From assembly GCA_049852185.1 (NCBI GenBank), contig CP187540.1: a DNA stretch of 64,000 nucleotides. One strand, given 5' to 3'. The notes below the pieces were generated by a model, which was not told where the DNA came from, made no database searches, and saw only the letters and a program-made list of their open reading frames with translations. Every line of letters begins with the position of its first letter. Positions within the stretch are counted from its first letter, which is position 1. Below are positions 1 to 10,131 of the stretch, in pieces. The position numbers and the translations under genes were made by a program. Source of the stretch: Methanocaldococcus sp. 28A. GTDB taxonomy: Archaea > AGJL01 > Methanococci > Methanococcales > Methanocaldococcaceae.

Positions 1-42
1 AACAGTTGTTTTTGGTTCCCACTCGTCTATGTTGAATCTCAT
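1..42 (-). CDS. rps5: 30S ribosomal protein S5, N-terminus (runs off window edge)
   Basis: Manual translation MRFNIDEWEPKTTV after a GGTGA SD; follows rpl18 as in the conserved spc-like operon order. Confidence 0.85.
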   Translation of the reverse strand, partial: MRFNIDEWEPKTTV

Positions 43-51
43 CATCTCACC

Positions 52-639
52 TTAGAACATGCTGTCTATCTTTGCCTTTATTTCTTCAAAGTGTTCAGGT
101 AATTTTTCTGGCTCTAAACCTTTCTCTAAGTATTTTGAGAACTGTTTCTTGTATTTTTCTTCATCCTGTTCTTTTAACATTTCAGCATAAGCTTTTATGT
201 GTTCTCCCCTTATTCTATCTTCTGATGGCAATATCTCTTCTCCATGTGGAATTTCCATACCAGCATCTAAAGCTCCTTTTAATATTGCAAATACGGCTGC
301 TCCTTTTGTAGCTCTGTGCAATCCAATATCTAAAACTGCCTCAGTGTAGCCTTTAGCTAATGCCTTCTTCCCTAACAAATAACCTGTTAAGTAGGCTGAT
401 GGCAAGTTTCCAGTATGCCCTTTATAACCTAATTTAATTAACTCTCTTGAATGAGCTGAAACTACCGTTCTATCTCCTTTCTCATCATACAATATAATTT
501 GAGCAATGCAATGATTTAATGACTTTCTTGCTACCAATCTTGGTTTTCTTGATAATAGTAATCTTAATCTTTTTCTGTAATCAGTTTTTGCTTCTCTTCT
601 TCTTCTAAATTTAACTCTATAAGTTGGACCTGTTGCCAT
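52..639 (-). CDS. rpl18: 50S ribosomal protein L18
   Basis: [25 protein letters not shown] and [10 protein letters not shown] motifs; operon position. Confidence 0.97.
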   Translation of the reverse strand: MATGPTYRVKFRRRREAKTDYRKRLRLLLSRKPRLVARKSLNHCIAQIILYDEKGDRTVVSAHSRELIKLGYKGHTGNLPSAYLTGYLLGKKALAKGYTEAVLDIGLHRATKGAAVFAILKGALDAGMEIPHGEEILPSEDRIRGEHIKAYAEMLKEQDEEKYKKQFSKYLEKGLEPEKLPEHFEEIKAKIDSMF

Positions 640-672
640 ACTTCCTCACCTTCCCACTAAAAATTGTTTTAA

Positions 673-1119
673 TTATTTTAAGAGTTCGTGTTCTTTTAAG
701 TATAGGAAGAGGTGGCTTCTACTTCTAAATGCTCCTCCTTTTGCCATTCTATAAAGCTTTCTGTAAACTATTCTATCAATTTTTCCAGTATCACTTAATT
801 GTTTGAGTGTTTTTCTTAAAGCTCTAATTGTAGCCATCCATTTTTCTTTTTGTGGAGTTCTTGCTCCAGCCGCTCCTCTTCTTGAACCTGGACCTCTTCT
901 TCTACCCTTCCTTCTTTGCTCCTTTAATTTTTTAACTCTTGCACTGCTAATTCCTTTTTTCTGTTTCTTCTGGATAACTCCTTCTTTAATTAAAGCTCTT
1001 ATGTCATCTTTTGACATAGCCATTTTAACTCTTTCTAATTGTGTTGGGTCTATCCAAACTCTCTCTATCCCGCATTTTAATATCTCAGCAGCCAATCTCC
1101 TTTGAACAGATACATCCAT
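673..1119 (-). CDS. rpl19e: 50S ribosomal protein L19e
   Basis: QRRLAAEILKCG, GRRRGPGSRRG, YRKLYRMAKGG motifs; start moved to ATG 1119 behind GGTGA SD. Confidence 0.96.
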   Translation of the reverse strand: MDVSVQRRLAAEILKCGIERVWIDPTQLERVKMAMSKDDIRALIKEGVIQKKQKKGISSARVKKLKEQRRKGRRRGPGSRRGAAGARTPQKEKWMATIRALRKTLKQLSDTGKIDRIVYRKLYRMAKGGAFRSRSHLFLYLKEHELLK

Positions 1120-1188
1120 AATTATCACCCATGATAAAAGCAAATTATCTTTAAAGAAACCTGCAATGATGAGAGAAAAGCAATTTAT

Positions 1189-1614
1189 TTATTCATTATT
1201 TTCATTATTTTTTTCAGCTAATTTTAATAACTCTTCCTGTTTTTCTTCTGAGATGTTTAATATTCTTATTCCTAATTCTCTTGCTCTTTTGATAATTTCA
1301 ATTTTCTTTCTTTTACCAACGGTTGAAGCAATTCTTGCTCCTTGTGTTTTTGGATTTAGCTTTTCTAAATCTTTTACATTATAAACTAAAACATCCTCTA
1401 ATCCACTTGGATGTAATCCTCTAACAGCCTTTGGCATTCTATATCCAATTTCAACAACAGGTGGTTTTTCTTTCCACTTTAATCTCATCTTGCTGTGTCT
1501 TCCTTTTGGTCTTCTCCATTTTTCTCCTAATCTCTTATGTCTGTGTGCCTCTTGTCTTATAAAGTCAGGCTTTTTCATTTTTAATTTAAATCTTAATCTT
1601 AATAGCCTATCCAT
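1189..1614 (-). CDS. rpl32e: 50S ribosomal protein L32e
   Basis: [27 protein letters not shown] motifs. Confidence 0.97.
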   Translation of the reverse strand: MDRLLRLRFKLKMKKPDFIRQEAHRHKRLGEKWRRPKGRHSKMRLKWKEKPPVVEIGYRMPKAVRGLHPSGLEDVLVYNVKDLEKLNPKTQGARIASTVGKRKKIEIIKRARELGIRILNISEEKQEELLKLAEKNNENNE

Positions 1615-1653
1615 ATTTCATCCCTCTCGCTTAAATTTTTATTTAGTTTTTAT

Positions 1654-2202
1654 TTAGATAGCTTTTCCAGCTTTTTCTACAATGTAAATTCCATCTTGGA
1701 AGACTCTTGGGTCCCTATTTTTAATTCTTGTTGCCTGCTCTATGTTTGCAGCTGTTTGTCCTACCTTTTCTTTATCAATTCCAGTAACTATAACGTCCTC
1801 TCCGCTAATCTTAACGGTAACTCCTTCTAAAATTCTTGCTCTTCTTGGGTACTTCTCTCCTAAAAAGTTTTCAATTATCACTTCATTACCTTTAACACTA
1901 ACTTTCATTGGGAAGTGTGCATATCTAATCTTTAATTTATATGTAAATCCTTCAGTAACTCCTTTAATCATGTTGTTTATATGAGCCCTTATAGTTCCAA
2001 CCATTGCTTTATCTTTTCTTCTTGGATATTCACAAGATATAACAACTTCATCTTCTTCCTTTTTAATTACAATTTTTGGATGCTCAAATTTCCTTCTTAA
2101 CTCTTTTCCTCCACTTTTTACAACAACTTCATTGTTGTTTATCTCAACTTGAACATTTTCAGGGATTTTTACCCTTTCCTCAATATAGGCGGCAACTGGC
2201 AT
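1654..2202 (-). CDS. rpl6: 50S ribosomal protein L6
   Basis: [23 protein letters not shown] motifs. Confidence 0.97.
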   Translation of the reverse strand: MPVAAYIEERVKIPENVQVEINNNEVVVKSGGKELRRKFEHPKIVIKKEEDEVVISCEYPRRKDKAMVGTIRAHINNMIKGVTEGFTYKLKIRYAHFPMKVSVKGNEVIIENFLGEKYPRRARILEGVTVKISGEDVIVTGIDKEKVGQTAANIEQATRIKNRDPRVFQDGIYIVEKAGKAI

Positions 2203-2240
2203 AAACTCACCTCAAAATTTAAATTTAATTTAAAACGTGT

Positions 2241-2633
2241 TTAATAGACATAAGCTAATAATCTTCCTCCCAATCCTCTCTTCTTAGCTTCTTCGTGGCT
2301 CATAACTCCCTGTGTAGTTGAAACAATTAATATACCAAAATCTCTTGCTGGCAAGTATCTTTTTTCAAACTTTTCATATCCAAATTTTTTAACAGGGAAT
2401 CTTGGTTTTATAGCTCCACACTTGTTTATCTTCCCTATTAATTCAACTTTAAATATTCCCGCTCTACCATCCTCTATAAATTCAAATTCTCCTATATAGC
2501 CATTATCTTGCATAACTTTTAAAACTCTTCCAATCAATTTAGACGCTGGTTTTATATAAACTACCTTTTTACCCACTCTTTCACAGTTAGAAATATGGTT
2601 TAATGCATTTGCTAGTGGGTCCATTAAACTCAT
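2241..2633 (-). CDS. rps8: 30S ribosomal protein S8
   Basis: [27 protein letters not shown] motifs. Confidence 0.97.
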
Positions 2634-2679
2634 GTTTTCCCTCCATTAAGAATTTTTAATTTTGGCTGAGTGTTTTGGT

Positions 2680-2841
2680 TTAATCTAATTTTTTAAATCC
2701 TAATTTGTGAGCGATTTCTCTAAAACACTGTCTACAGAGGTTTAATCCATACTTTCTAATTAAACCTGGTCCTACATGTCCACATCTTTGACATGGTCTA
2801 ATTCCATAACCATACTTCTTTTTCCATGGTTTTTTTGCCAT
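2680..2841 (-). CDS. rps14: 30S ribosomal protein S14 (type Z, 53 aa; below ORF-track cutoff)
   Basis: Manual translation [53 protein letters not shown] with CxxC..CxxC; lies between rpl5 and rps8. Confidence 0.95.
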   Translation of the reverse strand: MAKKPWKKKYGYGIRPCQRCGHVGPGLIRKYGLNLCRQCFREIAHKLGFKKLD

Positions 2842-2854
2842 ATACATCACCTTT

Positions 2855-3427
2855 TTATTGTGTTTCTTCTTCCTCTTCTAACAATACTCTCTCAACTTTA
2901 AGTCCGAAGGTTTTTTCTATAAATTCAATTGCTTCTTCTCTTGTTAATCTATGTCTTCTTGGAATTTTAGCTCTACATCTCTTTCTTCTTTTAACTCTAA
3001 ATCCTGGCCTTTCTAAGGTAACACAAACGTCCATTCCAAAAATTCCAATCATTGGGTCGTATTTTTGCCCTGGAAAATCTATATGTTCATGAATACCAAA
3101 TGAGAAGTTTCCATAATCATCAAATGAATAATCATATAACTTCTTACCTTCTTTTTGGAATGCTTCAAATGCATTCTTTAAAAATTCCTCAGCTCTCTTC
3201 CCCCTTAATGTAACCTTTAATCCAATTGGTAATTTCTTTCTAATTCCAAATGATGGGTTTGTTTGCTTAGCTCTTGTTCTTATTGGTTTTTGTCCAGTCA
3301 ATTCTTCTATAACCTGAGCTCCTTTTGTTAATCTATCTCCGCTTTCTCCTACCCCAAAATTAACAACAACTTTTTCAATTCTTGGTTTTAACATCGGATT
3401 CTTTTGCCATAATTCTTCAAAGCTCAT
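2855..3427 (-). CDS. rpl5: 50S ribosomal protein L5
   Basis: [35 protein letters not shown] motifs. Confidence 0.97.
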   Translation of the reverse strand: MSFEELWQKNPMLKPRIEKVVVNFGVGESGDRLTKGAQVIEELTGQKPIRTRAKQTNPSFGIRKKLPIGLKVTLRGKRAEEFLKNAFEAFQKEGKKLYDYSFDDYGNFSFGIHEHIDFPGQKYDPMIGIFGMDVCVTLERPGFRVKRRKRCRAKIPRRHRLTREEAIEFIEKTFGLKVERVLLEEEEETQ

Positions 3428-3458
3428 GTTTCTCCCTCATTTATATCTTATAGAGAGT

Positions 3459-4193
3459 TTATAATTTAATAATTGGTTCTTCATCTCCTACAACGAAGAC
3501 ATAATCCTTAACTGTTTTAAATTTATCTCCTTCTAAGTTTTCTAATGTAACTATATCTGGATAAATTCCTCTTTTCTCTATTTCTACAATTCTTGCAAAA
3601 TCACCAACGTGTTTTCCTCCTGTAATATAAGCTAATTTACCTACTTCAAATGGAATGTGTGCTTTAATTTCTTGTTCAGGAATTGAGATTAATAAAGTAT
3701 CTCCTGTTTTATAAACATCTTCTTCAGCTTTTGTTGGGTCAGAAACTTTTATAACAATATTTCTTCCATCATGTAAGTTTAATTGAATATGCCCTCCTTT
3801 AACAACTGTCTTGTTTTTAATTTTACATAATTTAACATCCGGATTTTCTGTTGGTTTTAATTTAATTCTTCCTTTTCTATCAAAGAGAACTCTGTAATTT
3901 TCGTTTGCATCAGGTAATGAGACAACATCCATTAATCCAACAGGCAACTTTTCTTCTTTTCTAACTCTTCCATCAACTAAAACTTTACCCATCTTAATAA
4001 TTTTTTTAGCTTCTCTTGCATTATCAGCATATTTTAAAATATCCCTAATAACTAACAATAATGGTATTGACTCACTCATTGGGTGTGCTCCTGGTAATGG
4101 CCTAACTGTAAATTTAGCCACTTTTCTTGGTAACTCCCATCTAACTGGAGCTGCTAATCTTTTTAAATGTCTTTTTGGACCTTTTTTTGCCAT
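3459..4193 (-). CDS. rps4e: 30S ribosomal protein S4e
   Basis: HLKRLAAP, VDGRVRK, GLMDVVS, QLNLHDGRN motifs. Confidence 0.97.
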   Translation of the reverse strand: MAKKGPKRHLKRLAAPVRWELPRKVAKFTVRPLPGAHPMSESIPLLLVIRDILKYADNAREAKKIIKMGKVLVDGRVRKEEKLPVGLMDVVSLPDANENYRVLFDRKGRIKLKPTENPDVKLCKIKNKTVVKGGHIQLNLHDGRNIVIKVSDPTKAEEDVYKTGDTLLISIPEQEIKAHIPFEVGKLAYITGGKHVGDFARIVEIEKRGIYPDIVTLENLEGDKFKTVKDYVFVVGDEEPIIKL

Positions 4194-4202
4194 CCTTTCA
4201 CC

Positions 4203-4565
4203 TTATTTACTTTTAATATGTTTGAATCTTCTTTCATCTTTGTCATACAACTTAATAATCATAACATTTGAAGGGTGTATTGGATAAGGAACTTCTTTTC
4301 CATTCTGTCTTTTGTTGTTTGCTCCTTCAACATATATTCTGTATCTCTTTAAATCAACTTTAATTACTTCTCCTTCTAATCCTTTAAAGTCTCCTCTCAT
4401 TATTCTAACAACATCTCCCTTTCTAACAGGGATTGCATTTCTTCCCAATTTTTCCTTCAACTCTTTTGATAACATTGCAGACATAACTTTCCTTCTTAAG
4501 TGTAGAGGAGCATTAAATAATGCTTTCCTCTGTTTTCTTGGCTGTTTTGACTTTGTAAAAGCCAT
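4203..4565 (-). CDS. rpl24: 50S ribosomal protein L24
   Basis: [20 protein letters not shown] motif [18 protein letters not shown]; start set to ATG 4565 behind GGTGA. Confidence 0.96.
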   Translation of the reverse strand: MAFTKSKQPRKQRKALFNAPLHLRRKVMSAMLSKELKEKLGRNAIPVRKGDVVRIMRGDFKGLEGEVIKVDLKRYRIYVEGANNKRQNGKEVPYPIHPSNVMIIKLYDKDERRFKHIKSK

Positions 4566-4597
4566 ATTTTTCACCTTTAAGATTTGTTTAAATTGAT

Positions 4598-4996
4598 TTA
4601 TACAATTATCTTAGCGATTCTTGCAATACCTGGCCATCTTTCAGCTGCTTCTTTTGCTACAGGACCTTTAATATCTGAACCCTTTGGGTTTCCATCTGGT
4701 GTTACTATAACAACTGCATTATCTGCAAACTTAACTCTTGTTCCATCAGGTCTTCTAATTTCTTTTTTTTGTCTAATAACGATTGCTGGCAAAACCTGTT
4801 TTCTCATCTCTGGTGTTCCTTTTTTAACTGTAACTACAACCATATCTCCTACTCTTGCTGTTGGTAATCTTCTTGCAACCCCTTTGTAGTTTTTCACAGC
4901 TATGATTTCAACTTCTTTAGCTCCAGTGTTGTCAGCACAAATGCATCTTGCTCCAACAGGTAATCCTCTTACAGGTTTTGAACCAATTGCTTTCAT
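4598..4996 (-). CDS. rpl14: 50S ribosomal protein L14
   Basis: [29 protein letters not shown] motifs. Confidence 0.97.
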   Translation of the reverse strand: MKAIGSKPVRGLPVGARCICADNTGAKEVEIIAVKNYKGVARRLPTARVGDMVVVTVKKGTPEMRKQVLPAIVIRQKKEIRRPDGTRVKFADNAVVIVTPDGNPKGSDIKGPVAKEAAERWPGIARIAKIIV

Positions 4997-5018
4997 ATTT
5001 TTTCACCTTTAATCAAAT

Positions 5019-5372
5019 TTATTCTTCTCCTTTAATTTCATTAACGTTTCCTAATTTTTCAACGACAACGAATGCTTTTGTTTTACTTATAGGTCTACAT
5101 TCCATAACTCTTACAATATCTCCAACTTTTGCGTTTATGCATGGTGGATTGTGAGCTGCTAATTTTGATGTTCTTCTCTCATATCTTTCATATTTTTTGA
5201 GGTATTTTACAACTTCTCTCTTAATAATGACTGTTTTTTGTGGTTTATCGCTAACTACAACTCCAACAAAGCTTTGCCCTCTTACTGGTAAAGTTCCGTG
5301 GAATGGACAATTTTTATCATCACATTCTACTTCTGGAGCTTTAACTGGAATTCCAATATTTCTTGCTACCAT
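5019..5372 (-). CDS. rps17: 30S ribosomal protein S17
   Basis: [22 protein letters not shown] motifs. Confidence 0.97.
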   Translation of the reverse strand: MVARNIGIPVKAPEVECDDKNCPFHGTLPVRGQSFVGVVVSDKPQKTVIIKREVVKYLKKYERYERRTSKLAAHNPPCINAKVGDIVRVMECRPISKTKAFVVVEKLGNVNEIKGEE

Positions 5373-5653
5373 GTTTTTACCTCCTATTTGCAGATTTTTA
5401 AGCTTTATTTTATTGAATTTTAGAGCTAAAGATGATTAAATAGGACAAAAATATAATATCTATTAAGGAAGTTTTAAAGTTAAAGCTTCATAATTTAATA
5501 AAAATATATTATTTTTGCATTCAAACAGTTACACTTTAATTGATATATAATGTGCGAAAGTCATATATAGAAACCCATATATTACTTTAACGGTTGGGGC
5601 AAAAATAAGCGTTATTATCTCTTTTTCTACAAAACACTTTTGAAAACCTACTG

Positions 5654-5941
5654 CTAATATGGATAAAGTATCTTTATCTTTTTCTTTAATCTCTCTTCTG
5701 GCCTCCCTATCAGCAATCTTCCATCGACTTTCACTTTACATCCATTTAATTCAAATAAGAATACTGCAATATCTTTTGGAATAGTCACTTCTTTGCCATT
5801 CTCTTTTTCTATCACTAATGTATTTCTTGTTTCATCCACTACTCTCCCTTTAATCCCTATCATCGCTTTGTTCTTTGCATCAACAATCTCTACTCTAAGC
5901 CCTATAAGTTCATGCCTAAGTATGTTGTATGGAGTTATCAT
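5654..5941 (-). CDS. rnp1: Ribonuclease P protein component 1 (Rpp29/Pop4)
   Basis: NILRHELIGL, GRVVDETRNTL, IGRPEERLKK; conserved position between SUI1 and rps17. Confidence 0.95.
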   Translation of the reverse strand: MITPYNILRHELIGLRVEIVDAKNKAMIGIKGRVVDETRNTLVIEKENGKEVTIPKDIAVFLFELNGCKVKVDGRLLIGRPEERLKKKIKILYPY

Positions 5942-5998
5942 GATGCCCCAACCATTTTATGGGGACGGGGTGTGCCCTTTCAGGGCATCCGCGTCCCC
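5942..5998 (-). promoter_or_regulatory. GC-rich hairpin in the rnp1 5' leader, overlapping the ribosome-binding region
   Basis: mRNA sense GGGGACG..UGCCCU-GAA-AGGGCA..CGUCCCC (5998-5961) in an otherwise very AT-rich spacer. Confidence 0.55.
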
Positions 5999-6046
5999 TC
6001 TATTTCATTTAATCCAAAATAAAATTAAAAAGTTAAAAGTTGAAAT

Positions 6047-6355
6047 TTATCTAATTTCAATTGAATCTCTTGAGAAACCCATTTTAACGAGTTCTTCAGC
6101 AACTTTTTTTCTATGATCACCCTGAAGTTCAATAGAATCTCCTTTAACAGTTCCTCCACAAGCACAAATATCTTTTAATTTCTTAGCAAGCTCTTTTAAG
6201 TCTATGACACTTGTATCAAAACCTTCAATTATGGTCATTAATTTACCAAATCTTCTTTTTGTAACATATATTTTTATTTTTTGTTCCTCTTTAGCTATTT
6301 CTTCACAAACACATAATTCTTTTGGTAATCCACATCTTGGACAAATTTCTGGCAT
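6047..6355 (-). CDS. Translation initiation factor SUI1 homolog (aIF1)
   Basis: [44 protein letters not shown]; start set to ATG 6355 behind GAGGTG. Confidence 0.95.
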   Translation of the reverse strand: MPEICPRCGLPKELCVCEEIAKEEQKIKIYVTKRRFGKLMTIIEGFDTSVIDLKELAKKLKDICACGGTVKGDSIELQGDHRKKVAEELVKMGFSRDSIEIR

Positions 6356-6370
6356 CACTGCACCTCTATA

Positions 6371-6473
6371 TTTTATAGGACTTTCGTAGGGATAAATATT
6401 TTTATTGAACATGGACAACTTAAAGGTGTCTAAATTTCAACATTAGTATATAAAGTGCAAAACTCCTATAAAA
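6371..6473. repeat. Palindromic intergenic repeat, family B (MJRE/MITE-like)
   Basis: Imperfect terminal inverted repeats TTTTATAGGACTTTCGTA / TGCAAAACTCCTATAAAA with inner GACA..TAAAGGTGTC hairpin; similar to the 27877 copy. Confidence 0.75.
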
Positions 6474-6552
6474 GTATTAAGTAATATAGTAAATAATATT
6501 TAGATAAGGTATTTAAATTTTTCCGTAGATGTTTTGATTTAATTTTTGTTAA

Positions 6553-6765
6553 TTATTGTGAAGCCATTCTTTTCTTTTCATTCATTATTGTTAATATTCT
6601 TGCTATTGTTCTTCTAATTTCTCTCATTCTACCTGGATTTGAAGGAGCTCCAGCAACAGCTTTACTTGCTCTCTCTTTTAACAATTCCCTTTTCAATTCT
6701 ACGAGTTTTTCTTTTAATTCTTCTATTGACATTTCCCTTAACTCATTAGCTCTTAATATAGCCAT
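6553..6765 (-). CDS. rpl29: 50S ribosomal protein L29
   Basis: [27 protein letters not shown]. Confidence 0.96.
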   Translation of the reverse strand: MAILRANELREMSIEELKEKLVELKRELLKERASKAVAGAPSNPGRMREIRRTIARILTIMNEKKRMASQ

Positions 6766-6777
6766 GTTTATTCACCT

Positions 6778-7404
6778 TTATTGTTCTTCTTCAACTATAT
6801 GCTTAACTTCCATATCCTCTTTAATTATAATTTCATCTGGTAATAAGACATCTGGTCTCATGATTTTTACTGTAACTCCTATAACCCCTGGCTTTGTTTT
6901 TGCTATTGCTCTTCCCTTATCAACAAGTTCTTCAGCTGGTTCTCCACAGTGTTTCATGTATCCAGCCATGAACTTTTCAGTTCTTGCTCTCTCTCCAGTT
7001 AATTTACCTGAGATAATAACTATAACCCCTTTAGCTCCAGCGTTCATAACTCTTCTTACAGCTGTGTGCCCAACCCTTCTAAAGTGCAACCCTCTCTCTA
7101 ATGATTGAGCTACTTTTTGAGCAACAACTTGAGCATCTAAATCAGGATTTTCAACAGGTTTAACATCAATTTGTGGTTTTTCAACACCAAACTCCTTAGC
7201 TAATTTCTCTGTTAATTCTCTAATTCTACTACCTCTTCTACCAATAACAAAACCAGGTTTCTCAGCATAGATGATAATTTTTGTCCCTATAGGTGTTTTT
7301 CTTATATCGCAGTGGCTGTATCCTGCTCTACTTAACTCTCTCTTAAAATACTCATCAATTAACAATCTCTTAACATTTTCTTTAACAAATGTTCTCTCAA
7401 TCAT
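6778..7404 (-). CDS. rps3: 30S ribosomal protein S3
   Basis: KH domain [15 protein letters not shown]; GKLTGERAR. Confidence 0.97.
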   Translation of the reverse strand: MIERTFVKENVKRLLIDEYFKRELSRAGYSHCDIRKTPIGTKIIIYAEKPGFVIGRRGSRIRELTEKLAKEFGVEKPQIDVKPVENPDLDAQVVAQKVAQSLERGLHFRRVGHTAVRRVMNAGAKGVIVIISGKLTGERARTEKFMAGYMKHCGEPAEELVDKGRAIAKTKPGVIGVTVKIMRPDVLLPDEIIIKEDMEVKHIVEEEQ

Positions 7405-7429
7405 CTATTCCACCTTTATATCTTATTTT

Positions 7430-7891
7430 TTATTGGTATTCTTCTAAGATGACTTGTATATGAACTGTTTCTTGGAACTTAGGTGTAGCTCTACCAAATG
7501 CTCTTGGCATATATCTTTTGATTGTTATTCCCTTGTTTGTTGAGATATGTTTTATTCTCAATTTTTCTACATTTAAACCTTTGTATTCAGCATTTGCCTT
7601 TGCATAGTTTAATATCTTTAAGATAGCCTTAGCTGCTTTAACTGGATACCTACCAGCAGGCCATCCTAATTTACCTTTTCTGTGCCCTACTTTCTTGCAG
7701 TGTCTTCTAAAGAGAACTGGTCTTTTCATTGCAATAACATCTTCTAAGAACCTTATAGCATCATCCAATTTCATTCCATTTATTGATTTACATATCTCCC
7801 TTGCATGTTTTCTTGATATTGGAATATTTCTCCCCATAGCCCTTGCTGTTTTTTCAGGATTGACTTGTATCTTATATTTTAATTTAGCCAT
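7430..7891 (-). CDS. rpl22: 50S ribosomal protein L22
   Basis: GRYPVKAAK, MPRAFGRAT; start set to ATG 7891 behind GGTGA. Confidence 0.96.
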   Translation of the reverse strand: MAKLKYKIQVNPEKTARAMGRNIPISRKHAREICKSINGMKLDDAIRFLEDVIAMKRPVLFRRHCKKVGHRKGKLGWPAGRYPVKAAKAILKILNYAKANAEYKGLNVEKLRIKHISTNKGITIKRYMPRAFGRATPKFQETVHIQVILEEYQ

Positions 7892-8398
7892 CAATATCAC
7901 CCTTAAGCTTACTTAACTGTAAGAAGTTTATATTACATTTATTTAGTGTTCAACCCTAACAACCCAGAATGCTATAAAATAATAAATATCAAATTGTGAG
8001 CATACTGGGATTTTTCTATTTTCTATATTTGTTTTTGTTATCATTTTCATTTGCCTGTTTATACAATTTAAAGTATAGGTATCTCATCAATGGCAAGAGA
8101 TTTTAGAATGTAAGAATATAAAATAAAAGTGTTATATATAATTTACGAATAAATAAAATAAATAGAGGTTGTTGAAAAATACTAAGCTAACATGATAGTA
8201 AATAATACTAAATATGAAGCGGGAAGAAAATAAGAAAAGGAAAGAGAAAAATAAAAGTTACACGAAACGGACTGGTCCCTAAATAGATATTATTGAATTA
8301 AATTAGGGGTTCTCCCAACGTGGTCATATATAGACAATTATAGACATTTAGGAAATTTTAATTAGATATTTTCCGTTATAATTGACTTTATAGACCAT

Positions 8399-8589
8399 CA
8401 GAGGGAAATCTGCGATTTGAACAAAATCCTTCGGATTTTGTAGCTCGAACCTTCGGTTCGATTCCCTTACTGGAAGCTTCGCTTCCACGTTGGGATTGAG
8501 CGTCATCAGTTTCCCAAGGAAAACCTCTGCCCCTGTCGTGGACATAAAAACCTTACGGTTTTTAAGTTCTCGTCGCTTCGCTCCGAGAT
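8399..8589. repeat. Multi-hairpin GC-rich structured element (REP-like; candidate ssDNA structure)
   Basis: At least seven short inverted repeats, e.g. ACAAAATCC-TTC-GGATTTTGT, TCGAACC-TTC-GGTTCGA, TGGAAGC-TTC-GCTTCCA, TAAAAACC-TTAC-GGTTTTTA; partial relative at ~28452-28506. Confidence 0.7.
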
Positions 8590-8730
8590 AACCCCAAGGC
8601 CACCAATAATTTCTTTAACTTTTCCCAAACCTTTTTTAACTGACAGTGTGAATTAACGATATGAGCTATAAAAGCAAAAAATAAAAATAGGATGAGGTTA
8701 AATAGTTTATTAAAAAAAGGTGATACCAGT

Positions 8731-9147
8731 ATGTTAGCAGCATTTAATGATATATTGGTTTATTCTATAAATAGTTTAGGGATATGTTCTTTGGAAGAGA
8801 TAGCGAAGTATGGGGTGACGAGGACATTAACGCCGATAAAGACGATTAAAGGGATATAAAAGAGTGTTTTAGAGATTGATAGAACGACAGTTATTAAATA
8901 TCTGCAAGAACTGTCAGAAGATGAGTATTGCCTATACAATCAGTTATCTAACCTTCCCGATATTTTAGATGACGATAGATACAAATTTGTTGCGATAGTT
9001 GATTCAATGTTGGGAAGGAAATTTATAGTAGTGTGCAAAACTATTATTCATAATTGTATAGAATATTTAAGCAATAAATATAATATATCATTTTATGAAG
9101 TAGTTAAAGAATGCAGTAAAGAACTAATAAAGAAAGGATTATCGTAA
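8731..9147 (+). pseudogene. Interrupted ORF with HTH-like segment (in-frame TAA at 8857-8859)
   Basis: GGTGA SD then MLAAFNDILVYS...KTIKGI*KSVLEIDRTTVIKYLQELSEDEY...ELIKKGLS; one internal stop in 139 codons. Confidence 0.55.
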
Positions 9148-9164
9148 TCACACCGTCAGTAATT

Positions 9165-9656
9165 TTAACTTCTTTTGTAAATTTTTTTAAAATATTTATA
9201 TACTATATTTAAAAATATCGGCATAATATAAAAAACACTAACAAAGCCTGCAATAAAGCCAGTTATAAATCTTAACTCATTAAAGCTTTCTCTCAATCCA
9301 ATTAGTTGAGTGGTTCCATCAATTGCCATGGGAGTTAAAGCAAATATTAAATACCATTTATTGGGAATTTTAAAATCATTTAGTTTTTTTATAAAGGGAT
9401 AAATCAGCATTCCTACTAAATATCCAGTATATATACCAAAACATCTTGCACAAACAGCCATTTTATATCCAAATATAAAATAGCTTCTTTTTGGAAGTTG
9501 GTGGCATATTAAAGAATATGCAGTATAGATATAAAAAGATATTAACTTAAAAATTTCTGAATGCTCACCTAAATATGCAGTATAAGGTGCTAAAAAAATT
9601 CCAATGTAAAAAATTATAAAAGAAATCAACATTAAGGCATAGAGCTTCTTTAACAT
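9165..9656 (-). CDS. DUF2085-type membrane protein
   Basis: ICHQLPKRS, VCARCFGIY, PMAIDGTTQ, LRFITG motifs; hydrophobic. Confidence 0.85.
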   Translation of the reverse strand: MLKKLYALMLISFIIFYIGIFLAPYTAYLGEHSEIFKLISFYIYTAYSLICHQLPKRSYFIFGYKMAVCARCFGIYTGYLVGMLIYPFIKKLNDFKIPNKWYLIFALTPMAIDGTTQLIGLRESFNELRFITGFIAGFVSVFYIMPIFLNIVYKYFKKIYKRS

Positions 9657-9680
9657 TAAAAGCCCCTATTGATTTATTTA

Positions 9681-10055
9681 TTACCTATTCTTTATAACAA
9701 CATATAGTACTCCTCCAACTGCTCCAAGGATTACCCCAAATATTACCCCACTAATCAATCCTACAATCAAAGAACCTCCAATTGCAAATGGTTCAAATCT
9801 TCCAAACATTGGCATAAGTGCTGTCATTATAATGAAATTTAATATTGCTGCTATAACACCCCCTATAACCCCACTAATTGCTCCTACAAGACCGCAATTT
9901 TCGTAATCTAACCTTCCCCCAGCTTCAACATAAAGATGAGCAGCTATAGCTCCACCAACAATATAACCTAAACAACAAATAATTCCTAATATTATATTAA
10001 TAACCCCCCCAATAATTGAAGGTTTTAACATTTTTTCTTTGTCAAAAGTTACCAT
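9681..10055 (-). CDS. Gly-rich small membrane protein (DUF5518-like)
   Basis: Several GxxxG-rich transmembrane segments; GAGGTG SD. Confidence 0.65.
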   Translation of the reverse strand: MVTFDKEKMLKPSIIGGVINIILGIICCLGYIVGGAIAAHLYVEAGGRLDYENCGLVGAISGVIGGVIAAILNFIIMTALMPMFGRFEPFAIGGSLIVGLISGVIFGVILGAVGGVLYVVIKNR

Positions 10056-10131
10056 TATTTACACCTCTCTAAAGATTAACGATATTATGTCTATGCGTTA
10101 TACTATATATATTTAATTATAATTAAATATA

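Noticed and set aside
5961-5998. Hairpin containing GAA as a possible SECIS element
   Set aside because: GAA is in the apical loop rather than an internal GAA/A bulge, and no flanking gene has an in-frame UGA.
6356-6418. N-terminal extension of SUI1 in the ORF track
   Set aside because: It is read-through into a family B repeat; the SD supports ATG 6355.
72-7916. Many plus-strand ORFs of 60-115 aa over the ribosomal operon, and similar antisense ORFs elsewhere (e.g. 30368, 34743, 37694, 44709, 63233)
   Set aside because: They are antisense shadows of well-supported genes, with no recognisable motifs.
8348-8545. 65-aa minus-strand ORF over the hairpin cluster
   Set aside because: No clear SD or motif; GC-rich palindromes explain the lack of stops.
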